Assembly (NCBI GenBank): GCA_024137785.1
Contig: JAHRHZ010000009.1
Coordinates: 43,387,040-43,451,039 of the forward strand
DNA: 64,000 nt
Source: Ginglymostoma cirratum
Taxonomy: Eukaryota
Direction of reading: 5' to 3'
Positions 61,973 through 64,000 of this stretch are shown piece after piece (within the stretch, counting starts at the first letter, position 1; the number at the start of each line of letters is the position of its first letter). The position numbers and the translations under genes were made by a program. The notes beneath the pieces were generated by a model. The model was not told where the DNA came from. It worked only from the letters and a program-made list of their open reading frames with translations, and searched no databases.

Positions 61973-64000
61973 TTCTGATTACTAAGGCCATACAGGATTA
62001 CGGGGCAAGGTGTGCAAAAATCTCTGAAATGTTTAATCAACTATAAACGCCTGGTGGTCAGGCTTAATGGTCTAAATAGCTTACTTCTGTCCCTATGTTC
62101 TTGTGTTTTGGAGCTTGAAGGAATGGCAGCACCAGTTGAGACACTATTGTTATTACAGCAGTTCAAAAAAGAACTAGAGCATGCAAAGAGATCAAAGTTT
62201 GGAAATGTAAAAGCAACAGTTCCTATAATACCCAATAACATCAGACTTCTATTCCAGGGAACATAAGCATCAGATAAATATGTTGCTGTATGCAGTCTGA
62301 CCTACAGCTAACAATATGGTAATGAGTTTGGGTCGGAAAACCTGCAGCGATTCAATGGTATAGACCTGAAGGCATGATGCCCAAAATGGAATTACATGAT
62401 TAAGCAGCCAAGATTTAACCAAACATACAGAGTCAAAGGGAATCATTCAAATCTTTTCTGACTGATCTTTACCAGTTAGTCTGGTGCTTTGGATATGGAG
62501 CACTGAAAAATAAAGATTGCATCATCATAGGTTTCCATGATTAAACATCTTTGAATGTTAACAGTTGAGTGAGGATTTGACTCAGTGTCAAGTGATTCAG
62601 TATGTGACAAAGGCCAATATCTGATCCTGGAACCAGGCAATTATCCAAGGAAATTTTGAGGCTTTGTCTGAATCAGTCAGCTGGATAGGCCCTAATATGG
62701 CATCATCACCTTCCTCAAAACCTGCAAAAATAACAGAGGAATGGGAAATAAAGACAACACCAATATTTGAGGTTCATTTTGTTGCTCGCAATTTCTGCTT
62801 TTTTTTATCAGATTGCGAGTATATGCAGTTCTTTGTATTATTTTAGGGTGCCATGTTCATTAGATGCCAGCTGGATAGGGTGTCAGCAGGAAATATGGTA
62901 GTCCACAAGTCTGGTAGCGTGCTCACTGGTCAGGAAGCCAGGGGTAAAGTGCCAAAAGGTTGGGATGCCAGAACGTAAGTTGGCAAGGGGGTCGGGTAAA
63001 TGATGCAGTGTTTATGAAATGTCAGGTGGGTATTGGGTCTAGGAGGTTCCTGTCCAGTAAAGGGAGGTTCAGGTATAGCCTAGTGGGGAGGATGTGGAGG
63101 TGTTACTGAGTCCGGGAGCAGGGAGATCGAACTGTGTCTGATGAGAGTGGGAGGTAGATTGTGGTGGTGGCCAGGGTAGCAGGTGGTTTGGGGGTCAGGT
63201 CCAGCAGAGGAAGACAATACATTGGTCATGTCCAGCTACTCTGGCAGGGGTGTTCAGGTCGGGTTAAACAAGGAATCATGTCTATAGGAGAGGGTGTCAG
63301 GTTCGGACGGGACAGGGGTTGTGGTATGAGCATATGAGGTAAACATGATGTGTTAAATAGATGCTCACAAGTTAGTCTAATATTTTCTAAGTAACTACTT
63401 CATTTAATCAGAACCATCCAATTTAAACGCTGACATTTGGAGGGTTCCAGGAGTACAGTGATTGTCCAGTGCAATATTCAATTCCCCTGGCAATTCCTGC
63501 TATGATGGGGATTCCACTGGGTTCTCATGAGCAACTCCCATGTACACGAGAATAACAACTTCCCGGCCAGTGGTAAGTATAGTCCATTGTCTATGGATCA
63601 CAAGAAAGTTAGAGATATTGAGGATATCCATGAAGGAAGGAAAAGAAGTAAGACTACATCAGCACAGCTTTAGCACCATGTCAAAAGGTTTAGATTGGAC
63701 ATCAAAAATCGCAAAAAATAGAAAACCAAAGAAGGTACAGTCTTGCACTATTGGAAAGCTGAAGGATCATTCAGGAGGAACTGACTGATTTTATTCATTG
63801 CAGCTACAGCAATCAAGTATGACCACCTTAGGAAATGGGATAATCAGAGGAGAAGTATATTAATTCCCCCACAAAATGGTACAAGCATTACAGATAGGCT
63901 TCATGCATTTGGCAATTTTGTGAATCAGATCAAGGTGAACAGAGAATGTTCCATAAAGACTCAACGTCTGACATTCACATTTTAAGCAGGTAGGGTTGGG

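Noticed and set aside
62850-63350. G-rich degenerate tandem motif (gggtcaggtcc-like); similar C-rich tract at 42870-43170
   Set aside because: No definable period or boundaries; probably the interior of an old repeat.

Overview
Eukaryotic (vertebrate) genomic DNA, AT-rich and dominated by repeats. The repeat content (HE1-type tRNA SINE, DeuSINE-type SINE, many CR1 LINEs, several Penelope-like families, L2, Tx1, Gypsy relics) points to a cartilaginous fish, probably a shark (inference). There is one 400-N assembly gap. Almost all ORFs in the supplied track are retroelement fragments, their antisense shadows, or chance ORFs. Reading splice signals gives a chain of phase-compatible + strand exons (922, 4432, 12878, 16226, 16436, 21806, 37485) ending in a stop and three AATAAA signals. 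This looks like the 3' end of a gene I cannot name; two of the exons carry in-frame stops, so it may be a decaying pseudogene. The most notable observations are: (1) a young 1.54-kb element with 120-bp TGT...ACA terminal inverted repeats, an apparent 8-bp TSD and internal splice signals; (2) a swarm of tiny Penelope-derived hairpin or solo insertions with 8-16 bp TSDs, several carrying minimal hammerhead-ribozyme cores; (3) a Penelope element inserted into the RT active-site region of another Penelope. Boundaries of old repeats are approximate, and all family assignments come from motif recognition by eye, not from database searches.
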